From contig NC_043000.1 of assembly GCF_006345805.1 (NCBI RefSeq), positions 81,592,001-81,656,000 of the forward strand: 64,000 nt of DNA, given 5' to 3'. The stretch is from Octopus sinensis (lineage: Eukaryota). The position numbers and the translations under genes were made by a program. Below are positions 36,331 to 49,350 of the stretch, piece after piece (the first letter of the stretch is position 1; each line of letters starts with the position of its first letter). The notes beneath the pieces were generated by a model. The model had not been told where the DNA came from, searched no databases, and saw only the letters and a program-made list of their open reading frames with translations.

Positions 36331-39100
36331 TTTTTGTCTTTGGTTAATAAGTATTATTTCCTATTTGCTTCTATCTAGAAATCAAACGAAATGACAACTA
36401 TTCCCTTCAAATTTTGCTTCTGAGACCTAGACATCAATGTTTTGAAATTGACCTACATTAAAAACCCATGTAATTTGCACACCTGTGTAATTTACGCCAG
36501 TGATTTTCAGGATAAAATTTGTTAAAAATCTTCTACTCATGTAAAATTGTAAACCCACTGATATAGCCAGGGTGTTTACAATTTAGTTGCATTTAGCATA
36601 AACATCACCTTGGATGAGACTTTACTCACCTGACAGAGAAAGGTGACCGATCAGACTGATTATATAGACAGAATTCTTTTTCGCCTATTCTTGTCAGAAC
36701 TTTTGATACGGGGTATTGAAATTTTAATCCCTTTCATACTTATAAAATGTCAAGCAAACTTTAAAATTTGTCACTACCTTTATTGTCAGTATGGGCAGAA
36801 TTTATGAATTGTTTACAGCAAAGGAGAAATTAAATATGTTGAATATGCATTTGAATGTTATAATAATAATAATGAAATTATTGTATATATTGCTCAGGTG
36901 CACCACAACTTGTCAAAAAGTGCGTATAAAGTATATGCAGTAATGTACAAATGTCTGGAAAGTGAACAGTGTATGAGTCAGATATATGCTTGTGCGTGTA
37001 TGGAGGGGAGAAAATCAGGTGTAGTGTTGGCGAATCTCAGGAAGCATGGAAGTTTTGAAGGATGCAATGCTCTGACAACTAACAACTGATGCTGGCAGTC
37101 TGTTCCATGCTTCAGCAACTCTTAGCGTGAAAAAATGTTTCCGAGAGTCATGGGAGCTGTGTTGTTTTCTGACTTTGTAAACATGTCCACGGGTGTTAGA
37201 CAGGTGGAGTTTGAAAAGGTGCTCAGAGTTATTGTTTGTAAGATGGTTAATAATTTTATGGGTGTCTGCCAAGTCAGCTGCCAGACGTTGGAGTTTCAAT
37301 GTATCCATGCCCAGGGAAGTAAGGCGTTCAGAATATGGCAAATACCTGATGGAGGGTATTCTCTTGGTTGCACATCGCTGAACGACTTCCAGGGGATTAA
37401 TATCCTGGGCAAGATAGGGGTTCCAGACCGGTGATGCAAATTCCAGGTGAGGTTGTACCATAGCTATATAAAGCCGCAGATAGATAGCTGGAGAGCGGCT
37501 CACAAAGGACTTGGTGAGTGATGCCAAGACACCCTCAGCCTTCTTGGCAATTTTAGCGATGTGTTTTGTCCAATGCAAATCGCTGTCAACAATAATACCC
37601 AGGTCACGTTCACACGAAGACTTTTTGAGATTAGTGTTGTGGAGGGAGTAAATAGACGCTGGGTTTTTCCTCCCAAAATGCATGGTGGTGCATTTGTCCA
37701 CAGCCAGCTTGAGTTGCCAGTCCATGATCCACTGCTGCATTGTGTCCAGGTCTGATTGCAATAGAGATCTATAGTGTACAGGATCTGACCTCTTTATTTC
37801 GAGGTACAGCTTGATGTCATCTGCATATTTCAACACTGTGGCATTCTTTAAGTTGGCATCTATGTCATTAACATATGCAACAAATAAAAGGGGGCCAGGA
37901 ACAGATCCCTGTGGTACACCAGATGTCATCTCATAGGGTAAAGAGTGCTGTCCTAGAACTGTGACAACCTCTTTTCGGCCGATAATAAAGGACTTCAACC
38001 AATTATAGAGATCGTCTCTTACACCCAACGCAGAAAGTTTCACCATAAGTCTTTTGTGTGGCATAGAGTTAAAAGCCTTAGCAAAGTCCAGGTAAACAAC
38101 ATCCACCCAGGATCCGTGATCAGTGATTTGGGTAATGTCCTCAAGAAACTCAATGAGTTGACTACAGCAGCTGGAGTTAGAATAAAACCAAATTGTGACA
38201 GCTGGATGAGGCTGTGACACTTCTAGAAGTTCCAGAAGGTTTCCCTGACACAGGATTCCATCAGTTTGGTGATGCAGCCAATGTTAAAAATTGGCATAAA
38301 CAGTATAACAAACTTGAAACTGTGCCTAGTAAATAAACAGACAAAAATTACAACATACAATGAAGATTATCCTTATCATTACATTTTTTTCAATCAGGAA
38401 TATCCATACCACTATGTATGTCAATGGTGCTCCATTGTGATATATAGAAACTCCAAACAATGTAAAATGTGACCCTGACCAGCATGAACATCAGACATCA
38501 AAAAGTAGTTAACCATTCAATGGTTTTAGTAAATTTAGCATTATACCATCCAGCATAAATAGAAGTCAACTTTATTATATCTAAGCCATTATTTTTTTCT
38601 GTAAAATCCTATTCTGACATTAAATGAGTCAACTTCCAGTATGAATGTTTATGCTTTGTGTGTCTTTTTTCAACAAATAAATTTCTGGAAATGATCTACT
38701 CATGTAATTTACGTGCCCGCTAAAGTTGATTTTTATTTTTGCGGAAAAAAGTGTGTAAATTACATGGGTTTTTATGTTATTTTTCATTACATTTCAGACA
38801 TTCGGCACTGAGATGCTGAAGCAGAAATATTGTTATAGCAAATTCTCTACTCAATACCACAGATTTGCTTGTTAGTTGTTTGACCATATCCACTTGAGCA
38901 TGTCCCTTAGTGGCTGATGATATGTGCATCTCTGATCATGAGCAGGAGTAATGTGGGATCATCATAGCTATGTGTTGAGAGGGATTCTTTGGGGTTTGAA
39001 TAAATGTAACAAAAGCAAAGTTTGAAGGAAATATTAGCCATTTTTCATACTTTCTAGTGGTAAGCAAATAGGAAATTTGGTTGCTATCCAAGGACAAAAA
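36331..39100. mobile_element. Nested stack: MITE A containing TIR element B (36456-38777), which contains the CR1
   Basis: The two halves of family A rejoin across element B. B ends are CATTAAAAACCCATGTAATTTGCACAC and GTGTGTAAATTACATGGGTTTTTATG, flanked by TA. Confidence 0.75.
36860..38280 (-). mobile_element. 5'-truncated CR1-clade LINE (RT + 3' UTR + TTA tail)
   Basis: ORF 37015-38220 contains VDVVYLDFAKAF, SGVPQGSVPGPLLF, KYADDIKL, ERDLGIIVD and FFTLRVAEAWNRLP. (TAA)n at about 36860. Confidence 0.92.
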
Positions 39101-39272
39101 TTGTCCTAGGACAAAAATTGTTACATAGTGAAGTATTTGTTCCAGTTACAGTAGTGTGTGCTTATATCTATTGCCAAAAATTTGAATATACTTGGCAATG
39201 TTAAATTGTACCTGAACAGCCTATCTCAGTAAAAATCAATTTCTAAAATATGTTTTCCCCTATGTCTTTCAG

Positions 39273-39345
39273 AAATTTGTGTGTTATGGACAATCAACGA
39301 ACATTAACACAACTCTCCCACAAACTTGAACCAAGACGAACATAA
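39273..39345 (+). CDS. RAPGEF4: Epac/RAPGEF4-like terminal coding exon with TAA stop
   Basis: tctttcag|A. (R)NLCVMDNQRTLTQLSHKLEPRRT*, compared with Epac2 [24 protein letters not shown]. Confidence 0.96.
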
Positions 39346-42300
39346 CATTGGTTAAACTGAAGTGATTCAATCTGCAGAGAACTTCTGAATTTCAATCACA
39401 GGTGACTAACTATCTTATCTTTACAGTTTATAAATTTCTACCACAGACAACTGGACATCCCAATTTCATGGTTCCTGGTTTCTACCACAGAGGACTGGAT
39501 ATCTTAACTTCATGGTTCTTGGTTTCTACCACAGTTGACTGGATATCATAACTCCGCAGTTCCTGAATTTCTCTCACAGATGACAGGATATCTTAACTTC
39601 ATGGTTCCTGATTTCTACCACAGATGACTGGATATCTCAACTTCACAACGACAAGCTCACTGATATCTGGTGACACAGGAAAGAAATAAACCAGTAACAG
39701 AAAATTTTCTGCATTTTCTCTACAAACATCTTTCTAGATATTAATATGGTTTTAGGAATCAGAGAGAGAGAGAGAGAAAGAAAGAAAGAATGCAAAGAAA
39801 CCAATTTGAATTCCAGAGAAATCAAAGTGAATCTCCTATATGCAACAGTTTTCAGTGGAGGTGCTTTCTTCTGTGAAAGATTAAGATTGAAAGCTTGAAT
39901 CAAAAAATGCCATTTTCTTGATATCGGCAAATATTTAATTGACTTTACCACTTCATTCCACAGAAATAACAGTTCATATCATGAAACAACAGTGATACGT
40001 ATGTGAAAAGAGAATGTAACTATATTTTTTATCTGTGAGACAAAAATGCTACACTGTGTTAGGCACTAAAAGTCTGACAACTCTATAGTGAACCCAGTGA
40101 CATAAAGCTGGTCATCATATGGCTATTTTTTGACCAATCAATGTCTCTTGTAAGCCATTCACTTCATGGATCTTTCAAAGTTTACAACCAAATATGTCAG
40201 GGTCGACGAATCTATGGGAATATGTTCATTCTAGTATTTTTTTATAATTACTCAATTCATGCAAGGCTATGTAATTGTTTTTGTTAATTGGATTCCTGTA
40301 AATTAGTTTTGGCATTGGTTATAGAGTTCTCTCTCATATTATCAGTGTTTATTGAAATGTTTTGCACTACATTAACTAACACTACAGACATACCTCCAAT
40401 GGTGTATCAGGTGCTGGTATGTTAACCAATATCAGACACACCACTGATACCACAGATATACACTACTACATTAACCACTGTTTCACATGACCGATAGGCC
40501 ACTGATTCACACCTCACATTAACCAACACTATACAGACACACCACTGTTTCACACAGCTCTATATACTACTACACAACAGAATGTGCAATGTGACTTCAG
40601 GGAAAGATGACTCCTGTTATATTTCATCCTTAAATGGGGACCACATATTTTATGTAGTAAAATTACCACAATATATGATGGTCAGCTATTGCTAGAAACT
40701 GGCCAAGTGCTTGAAGTTGAATTCAATATTATAAACCCCTTATAAACTACAGATGTTGCTCCAAAGTCTATAATTAGGGACATCCTTGTCAACAGTATGA
40801 CCAATATTGCTATTCACCACTATTGCCAACAACAACAACAATTGTTGTTGTAAGTCTGCCGTAGTCAGTTGTTTGTTAGCCTTTTTTAACACTTTCCCTC
40901 AATGTTTTATATATGCTGTTATATCTATCACGGCCCCTCTATAAATCATATGAAATCCTTCTTTTCTTCCTTAAAATAGAAAACAAATCAAATTTATAAT
41001 AATTTTTCCAGTAATTTTTTTTAGTAAGCTTCAAGTTTGAAACAGTTTCATGGGATCCAAATCAGATTATGAATGGATTAGTTTCCTATAACTGATAAAT
41101 CTGGATTTGTACTCTGAATACAACATATACATTGTGATCTTTTCCCAGATAACAACATATAAATTCAAATCTATACCCAGATGACAGTGCATAAAGCAAA
41201 GTTTATACCCAGACTCTGAATTATGTTAAAAAGTTCAAATTCTCTTCCACTACATTTCCTTATTTGCTTACTAATAAGAAAGTTATGTCTTATATATGTG
41301 TACAAGACAACTTTTATCATATGATTTTTATTTACCTGTAACCATTGTCATGTCTGTTTTCTTAATATCAGAGGGTTTTGTCCCCTTGTAGTTGGCATGG
41401 GTGGGATAGATGGAATGGGTTATTTTCCTTCATTCTTGACCCAGCCTCAGGTGTGCATGATTACAATTTCAGATCTATCTTAGTAACAACCTACATCAAA
41501 TATTGGAAGTTTAATTAAGATTAAGTCCATAGTTTGGTTTGGCTTGTTCAATCTCTAGTTCTCATCAAATGTCTAATTGTTGGTATATCAATTGTACCAG
41601 ACTGATTTTGAATTACAAACCTTTATTTCTAAACTAATTGTAATAATGTTCTTTATTCACTCAGCTACTGGTGCACAAACAGTCCAGTTTGGAATGATGT
41701 AGACATCCAGGAATAAGACACCTGATGGTTATTGGAGATCAAACATAGTGTAAACATAGCACAATAAATAAGGGTTGACAATATAGAAAATAATTATAAT
41801 GTCCTAAATACTTATTGCCAAGTCTTCCTTTTGACCCCCCACCCACATACTTCAACTCACAGCTCAGGCCTGTTGCCAGACTTTGGTGCCTTGGGGAGCT
41901 TCAGAATATTCTGGGTGATCACAAATTAGTGATAATGTTAAAGTGGAGTTTCAAAATAAGTGTATCACTGTAAATCTGAAGAAGCACCATTGAATAGTGA
42001 GGGGGCAGTGCTGTCCAGAGCACCCCCTTAGTGAAGGGCAGGACACAGCTACCTTCCAGTCACAAATTGCTATCACAGATCATTCATTCACATGATACAC
42101 CAACTGTCTTTAGTTCCAAATACATTCTCAGCTACCCAGTAACCAATCAATCATTCTTTGAAGTTAAATATTGCATATTCAGTTAAAAATTACTCTTGTT
42201 ATTCCTCTTCAGTTGCTGCTATTTCCCTCTGTTTACTATTCTTGGTCATTCACATCTCATATAGCCTCTGCCTTTATTTCTAGAGAGAGATTGTTGTTGT

Positions 42301-43000
42301 TGATAATGTTGTTAATTCTCTGAAACTCTTCCATTCCTCTTCCAACTTAGCCACTATGCTATCACTTGCTTCATTTGAAGCACTAATTACATCGCCTTGG
42401 TAACAAAACCTGTCTACAATTTGCAGCTGGTATAAATATAAACCATCTTACTTGAGTACTAGGTACCAAGTAGGGTGGATATAACATAAAAAAATAGTAG
42501 TAGGGGTATGTTTCAGTGAATGGAATTACACTGAAGAATATATTTGAAACTGAAAATTTGACCTTCCAGATTCTAAAAATGAATGTAAAATAAAAAAGAC
42601 AAAAAAAATTAACCCCAAATTTTCATGGAAACACAAAACCCTTGCCCAGATAAATCATCGATTCTAACCAAAGACAATGAAAACAAAAAGAAAAAAAACC
42701 CTTAATTTAAATCCTTTCTTTGAATCTTTGCAATAAGGGTTTTTGTTTGTTTTTATTAAAGGAAAAATTATATTTCATATCTAAACAGATGAATACATGT
42801 GAAAAAAAGATGTGCGAGAGAGAGAGAGAGAGAAAGTATAATGTGTATGTGAGGTTATCTGTTGTTGTTTTCATTATGGTATACCAAAGTACCAAATTGT
42901 ATTGTTGAACTTTCAATGTGTTATGAAACAGATTGGCTTCAATTGTTTTGTGAAAGTTTCAATCTTTACCTCACCATTTACAAGTGATGTGTTATGATCA
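39346..43000 (+). other. Probable long 3' UTR of the Epac gene (end uncertain)
   Basis: Follows the stop codon and lacks the SINEs and long microsatellites seen elsewhere. AATAAA at 41763 and 42589. No transcript evidence. Confidence 0.4.
39435..39645. repeat. 44-bp minisatellite, about 4.8 copies, 90 nt after the Epac stop codon
   Basis: Units begin at 39435, 39479, 39523, 39568 and 39612. Consensus TTTCTACCACAGATGACTGGATATCTTAACTTCATGGTTCCTGA. Confidence 0.93.
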
Positions 43001-44034
43001 GATCAGTGTGACATTTGCAAATATAAGTAAAACAATTTCATATCAAAGTTATAACTAAGTTGTTTGTTATTTCTGTTCCAATAACACAAGAGTTCTGTCA
43101 TTATCATCGTTTTAGTATCTACTTTTCCATGCTTGCATGGATCAGATAAAATTAATTAAGACAGATTTTGTACTGCTAGATGGATGTTCTTCCAGTTGCC
43201 AACCTTCACCTGTTTCTAGCCTTCACCTGTTTTCAAGCAACATAACATTTTCCTTTAGTTCGAACAGATTTTTGTGGAAGATTGCAAACATATGATAATG
43301 CTTTTATGCCTGTCTATGACATGAATATGATATTTTACAATTAGTGCACAAGGAAACACACATGTATGTATATATAAACAACAGGCATTTTTTTACTTTC
43401 TGTTTACCAAATTCCCTCACAAGGTTTTAGTTAATCTAGGGCAATCTAATAGAAGACACTTGCCTTAGGTACTGCATAATGTGACTGAACTTGAAACCAC
43501 ATTATTGTGAAGCAAGCTTCTTAACTACACAGCCTATCTTTAGATTGATGATTAGCAGTCATACAGTAGCAACAACACATGTCAAGAATTGTGTCACAAA
43601 TTGATAAAAGAAATTATTGCACTAAGCAGCAAGTTCTTGGATAATATAAATGTACTATAAGCATATATCTATCATTGCAGTATTAGCTGACATGGTGTTT
43701 GTAACTGAATACATCAAACAAATGTGAACACAAATCTATACAATTCCCTTTTGAGTAGGAAAAAGGAAATCAGACTGACCAGTTTCAGTTCTATTTGGAA
43801 AAGCTCTTTAGGCATCATGTAGTTGCTTGTTATTTGTCTTGGAAAATATTGTGTGTGTGTACATATTACACAGTCACTAATATCAATGACACCACTAAAC
43901 TGGAAAATCTAATCTGCATAGATAACGCTCTACTGGTAGGTATATCAATTTACTGAATAAGCAGCATGTTAATGAACAATATTATGAACTATAGTACTGT
44001 GCAACAAATTTTTTATTTACTTATTTATTGTCTT

Positions 44035-44490
44035 TTTTTTTTTGTCTTTGGTCAAGTAAGTGTTATTTCTTATTTGCTTCTATCTAGAAATCAAAGGAAA
44101 TTACTATTATTCCCTTCAAACTTTGCTTTTGTAACCTGGATGTAAATATATTGAAACTAACCTATTTTCCATTACGTTTCAGACAGATTCAGTGCTGAGT
44201 TGCTGAAGCAGAAATATTGTTATAGCAAATATTCTGCTTAATATTTCAGATTTTTTTGTCAGTTGCTTGACCTTAACTACTTGAGCATGTCACTTAGTGG
44301 CTGACTATATGTGCGTCTCTGATCATGAACAGGTGTTGTTGGGGAGCATCATAGTCATGCGTTGGGAGGGATTCTTTGGGGTTTGAATAAATGTAACAAA
44401 AGCAAAGTTTGAAGGAAATATTTGCCATTTTTTATACTTTCTAAGGATAAGCAAATAAGAAATAATAGTTGCAACCTGAAGACAAAAATC
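44035..44490. mobile_element. Non-autonomous MITE-like element (family A), uninterrupted copy
   Basis: About 460 bp with imperfect terminal inverted ends (ttgtc...tatttgctt and aagcaaata...gacaa). A second, split copy lies at 36331-36455 plus 38778-39100. Confidence 0.7.
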
Positions 44491-44949
44491 GTTTAACACA
44501 GTGTAATGTGTGTCATAGCTGTAGTTGGCTGACACCTCATGTCAGTCATAGCTCATGTGTAAATTGATTACACCAGACATAAGAAAATAAATGTCCGTAC
44601 AATGTATTTATGGACAGAAACCAGTGAGATTGATTGTCTAAGTATGTATATTTACTCAATGCATTCATTTACACACAAAGTGTCAGCTAATACTACATTT
44701 ACAATAGTATATTACAGTAGATTTATATCAAATGGCAATACGCTTTGCAAATTTATATTTGAAATACATATCAAAACATTATGATATATTGCCAATAAAT
44801 ATTTTAGTCCATTTAGATTGATAACACATCACAGCGATTTGTGATACATCTTACAGTAGTGTCATACACAGATACTGCATTTCTGACATCTGTCATACAT
44901 TGACACATTTCTATGACAGAGCAGCACTACATCTCACAGTTGTGATGTG

Positions 44950-46050
44950 CACCCCAGTCTTCCATCTTACACTAAGAAAAAGATTATTTTCCTGTGAGAC
45001 CCTCTGGCATATGATGGCATCTTCATTATCTCAGATAAGGGACTTAATAGACATATTAGACTTCACCATGAAGAATATGGCCAATATACAAGGAGAGATG
45101 AAGGATTGGTGTTGTGTGATATAAATGTTCTCACCATCTCCAACCCATGTTTTAGAAAGCTGACCAGATGAATACACAAGCCATACTCGCTAGAAAAAAA
45201 AATGAAGAGAAAACTAGTATGAACATTAAAAGATTTCCCTGGTGAACAATGTAATACTTAACATTAGTGACATCATAAGAAGTAGACAGTCTCAGAGATG
45301 TAAGACAAACTGGAGAAGGGAAATAGAGAAATTAAAAGCTACTTCTACTGTATGTAATCTCAAAGATATACTAAGTAACACTTTTATAGAGAAGGTGTAG
45401 GCCAAACAGAGGGTGATATAGCAGCTTAATGGTACAGTCCATGCATACTTAAAAAAAAAAACAAATAGGCCTGGTAAGTAGCAAAAAAACATTACTATAT
45501 AGCTACTAAAAGAGAAGGCTAATATCAGATGTATCTATCAAGGAAATAAACTGATCGCATGAGGTTTGCCAGTGAGAGGATCAGAAATATGAAATGTTCA
45601 AGCAAGCCTATGATTCCAGCCATGACCATCAGGTCTTTCTAACGAATATGAAGGTCTATATCATCAAATATGTTGTATCCTATGGAGTATGGTGATTAGG
45701 CTTCTACTTCTAGCAGGTTGAACGACTATCATAAAGGTTTCTTCATTAGCTTGAATTTTACAGTTGATCAGTGTAGCAACAGCATTATCAACTGTTACAC
45801 AACAAGCATATGCTTTAGAGTGATGCTATGAGAAGGGTCATAATTACAAAGAAAATTAACTTAGATGAGATGCAGTTTGAGTTTGTGGCTTTTAGTGAGA
45901 CAATACCAAAAGTTTTTAACAAAGAACAAGTGGCTATACCTGACATTCCTTAACCTGGAGAAAGCCTCTGACAGGATATCACTCTATAGTCTGTTGGTCA
46001 CTAAGGAAACTAAAGAATGCTCGTCATGTGTGGTGGGATCTAGTCAGCAA
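44950..46050 (+). mobile_element. Highly degenerate RTE LINE remnant
   Basis: LVRQYQKFLTKNKWLYLTFLNLEKASDRI resembles LVRQQQEKYLAKDKPLYLAFVDMEKAFDRV in the intact copy. Upstream traces resemble the endonuclease tail (FPGEQC). Confidence 0.6.
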
Positions 46051-46444
46051 GTTAAGGAGAGCTAATAACAAGCTGTGGTGAGATCACTGGCAGGTTTATC
46101 AGCTAAGAAGACCTATAAAATAGATTTTTTCAACTTCTGAGAAGGTTACAAGAAATAATTGACAGTTTTTGTTTCTTAGATAACCAAATTATCAATAGAG
46201 AATTGTTGTGAAAATACAGTAGCAAAGTGGAAAAAGTCCAGGGATCTTTTTTTTTTTGGTAACCAAAAAAAGATTCTCTTACTTGGGGGAAAGCCAAGTT
46301 GAATGACATGTAAAACATGTTTTTCCTGAAGATGTACAGGATGGTGTCAACCTAGCTAGTCTGCAAAGGTCACCAACAGAACATGCTCCCTTGAACAATT
46401 TATTACAACAAAAATTAAGTCTTCTTCAGTGTATCTTCTGCCAA

Positions 46445-47045
46445 AACTTTGGATCTACTCCTTACTACTACTCCTGAAACAGTTATTAGTGTTACTATTG
46501 AGGAACCTTTAAGCAACTTTGATCATGCTATAATCATTGCCAATCTGTCCTTTGTGGGCAGTAACAAAAACCACAGCCATCTCCAAACTGCTTGCTTTGA
46601 TTGGAATAAAGCAGACTGGAACTCTCACTGCAGCAAACTGGTTGGAATTTTACAACTCTGGAGACTTCTTGTTGTAGAGAAAGTATGTAGATGCTGGATT
46701 CTTCCTCTGAAAATGCATAGAGGTACACTTGCCCACAGCCAGCTTGAGTTGCCAGTCTGTGATCCATTATTGCATTGTGTCCAGGTCCAATTGCAGGAAA
46801 AATCTTAAGGGTTCAGGCTCTGTCCTTTTTATCTGATGATACAGCTTGATGTCAGCTGCATATTTCAGCACTGTGACATTCTTTAAGTTGGCATCTATGT
46901 CATTAATGTATATCATGACTCATACACTGTTCACGTTACTGACTTTTGTACATAATTCTGTGTACTGTACATGCACCTTTGATGAGTTGTAGTGTACCTG
47001 AGCACTATACACAATAATTTCATTATTATATTATTATTATTATTT
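46445..47045. mobile_element. Rearranged CR1 remnant (+ EN end / - RT / + 3' UTR)
   Basis: LDLLLTT...FDWNKADW on the + strand. 46650-46910 matches about 37620-37875 in the same orientation (so minus). 46915-47045 matches the reverse complement of about 36860-36985. Confidence 0.75.
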
Positions 47046-47089
47046 GAATATGACTTCAACTAACCAGCTTTTATTGAGGCACTACAATA

Positions 47090-47854
47090 TGAGGTGGTAT
47101 CAAAAAGTTTACAGACTAGTTCTGTAGCCTACCAACAGATGACAGCACATGGTGGAGTGCATAGTGAGAGCTAGTAGTGACTCATCATAGATAGGAACAA
47201 AATGCCAATGTCAAATTTTGCATTAAACTACAGAGACATTGAGCATGCTTTGGCTAGCTTACAACGATGAAGCAATGGATCGTACATAATGTTTCAAGTG
47301 GCATGGGCACTTCAGAAGTGGAAGAACATACCTGGAAGACCTACCACAAGCGTCATCTTTGGAAATGTGGTATTGTGCACTGAGAATTCATTCCCCTGGG
47401 CCAGACTGTCAATCAAGAGTTCTACTGTGACATTTTGTTGAGGGAGGACATTCGGCATAAGTGACCAGATCTGTGGAGCATGAAGAATTGGATTCTTCAT
47501 GATGACAATGCACCCTGTCACTGAGCTGTCCTCACTTGTGAGTTTCTTGCCAAAAACAACATGGTATCACTTCTGCACCTACCCTATTTGCCAGATTTTG
47601 CATCTGCAGGCTTCCATCTCTTCCCTAAGATGAAAATGCAGCTCTAAGGTCACTGTATTAACACTGATATAGAGATCCAGAGTGAATCGCAGAAGGTCTT
47701 TGACTTGCTAATGGAAAATAGCTTCCAGCCGGATTCCAAAAGTGGCAGAAACGCTAGGACCAGTGTATTGCTGCGCAAGGTGACTATTTTGAAGGAGATG
47801 ATGTTAAAACTTAAGTAAATAAGTTATTTACTAGAACTTTTTGATACCACCTCA
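47090..47854 (+). mobile_element. Internally deleted mariner (DD34D-type) DNA transposon
   Basis: TIRs TGAGGTGGTATCAAAAAGTT and AACTTTTTGATACCACCTCA with flanking TA duplications. Internal remnants WILHDDNAPCH and PYLPDFASAGFHLFPKMK. Confidence 0.9.
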
Positions 47855-48910
47855 TATAGTAAATTTTTGGTGGCAAATGTAATAAATATCCTGTGCATAT
47901 TTCCTTTTAACATAGCAACATGTTTATAAGTCTCAACTCATGAGACTAAATTTTATCCTAAATCTTTCCATCCTCTATAGCAGTGTATCTAATTGATTTA
48001 CAATTTTGGCACAAGGCCAACAGGGTAGCAGGCAAGTCAATTACAATGACCCCATGTTCAACTGGTACTTATTTTATCAACCCCAAAAAGATGAAAGGCG
48101 AAGTTGACCTCAGTGGAATTTGAACTCAGAACATAAAGACGGATGAAATGCCACTAAGCATTTTGCCTGGTGTGCAGATTCTGTCAGCTCCTTATAGCAG
48201 TATATCTAATTAAAAAGCAAGATGTCTCTAAATAAAACCTATTCAATACATGCATCATTCCTTTGTAAAACCCAAATGAATCTCCCTAGTTTTCTACCTA
48301 ATTATCTTTTTGTGAAGAAATAATTCTAATACAGGCACCATAATGTAATGAAATCATAATGTAAATCCAGAAGAAATGCCACTTAGCCTTTTTGTCTGAC
48401 ACCATAATGATTCTGCTAGTTTGTTACCTTTTATGTGAAAAAATAATAGTTTCAAATTTTAGCACAAGGCCAGCAATTTCAGGGGGAGTGAGTAAGTTAA
48501 TTATATCAACTAGTACTCATTTTATTTACCCCAAAAGGATGAAAAGCAAAGTCGATCTCAGAATTTGAACTCAGAATGCCAGATAATAAGCCACTAAGCA
48601 TTTTGCCCAACACATTAATAATTCTGCCAGTTCAATGCCTTTGATATGAAGAAATAATAAGAAAAAATAGAAGGGAATGGTTGGGCTAAATGCTTTGTTC
48701 CTATCCTGTAGACCAGCTAATACATGAAGCATTAAACTGGACAGTCAAAGGTACCAGAAGAAGTGCTGAGACCAATGCAGAGTGAAAGAAAAGATCATGA
48801 GTAGACAGAAGCTGAAAAAACAACACAGACAATTCTGTTGCAAATACAGAAGATTCTTTGCATGAAGTAGATGCATTAGCAAAAACAGCTATCTACCAAT
48901 CCATTCACCC

Positions 48911-48986
<76 letters not shown>

Positions 48987-49184
48987 TTCTTTCTTTCTTT
49001 GTCAGCTGTAGACTATAATAATAATGAACTTATTGTATTCAGTACTCAGGTGCACTACAAGTCATCAGAAGAAGTAACCAAAACTGCAGGAACTGTACAT
49101 ACAATATGCACAGTAAGTGAACAGTGAATAACTCTTCAAAAAAGAAAGAAAAAAAGAAGAAATGTGGGATGATGGGGCCTTAGG

Positions 49185-49350
49185 TATACTGTTGGTGAAT
49201 TTCAGGAAGCATGAAAGTTTTGATAAATGTAGAGTCTCGATTGCTAACAACTGATGTAGGTGGTTTATTCCATGCTTCAGCTAATCTGAATGTGAAAAAA
49301 TGTTTCCAAAAGTCATGGGTGCTGTATTGTTTTGTTTTTTATTTTGTAAG
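49185..49350 (-). mobile_element. CR1 C-terminal fragment
   Basis: Diverged match to about 37020-37190. Confidence 0.65.

Noticed and set aside
42525-42590. CTGAAGA-N8-GAAA motif
   Set aside because: No stem II, no UH site and no stem III geometry.
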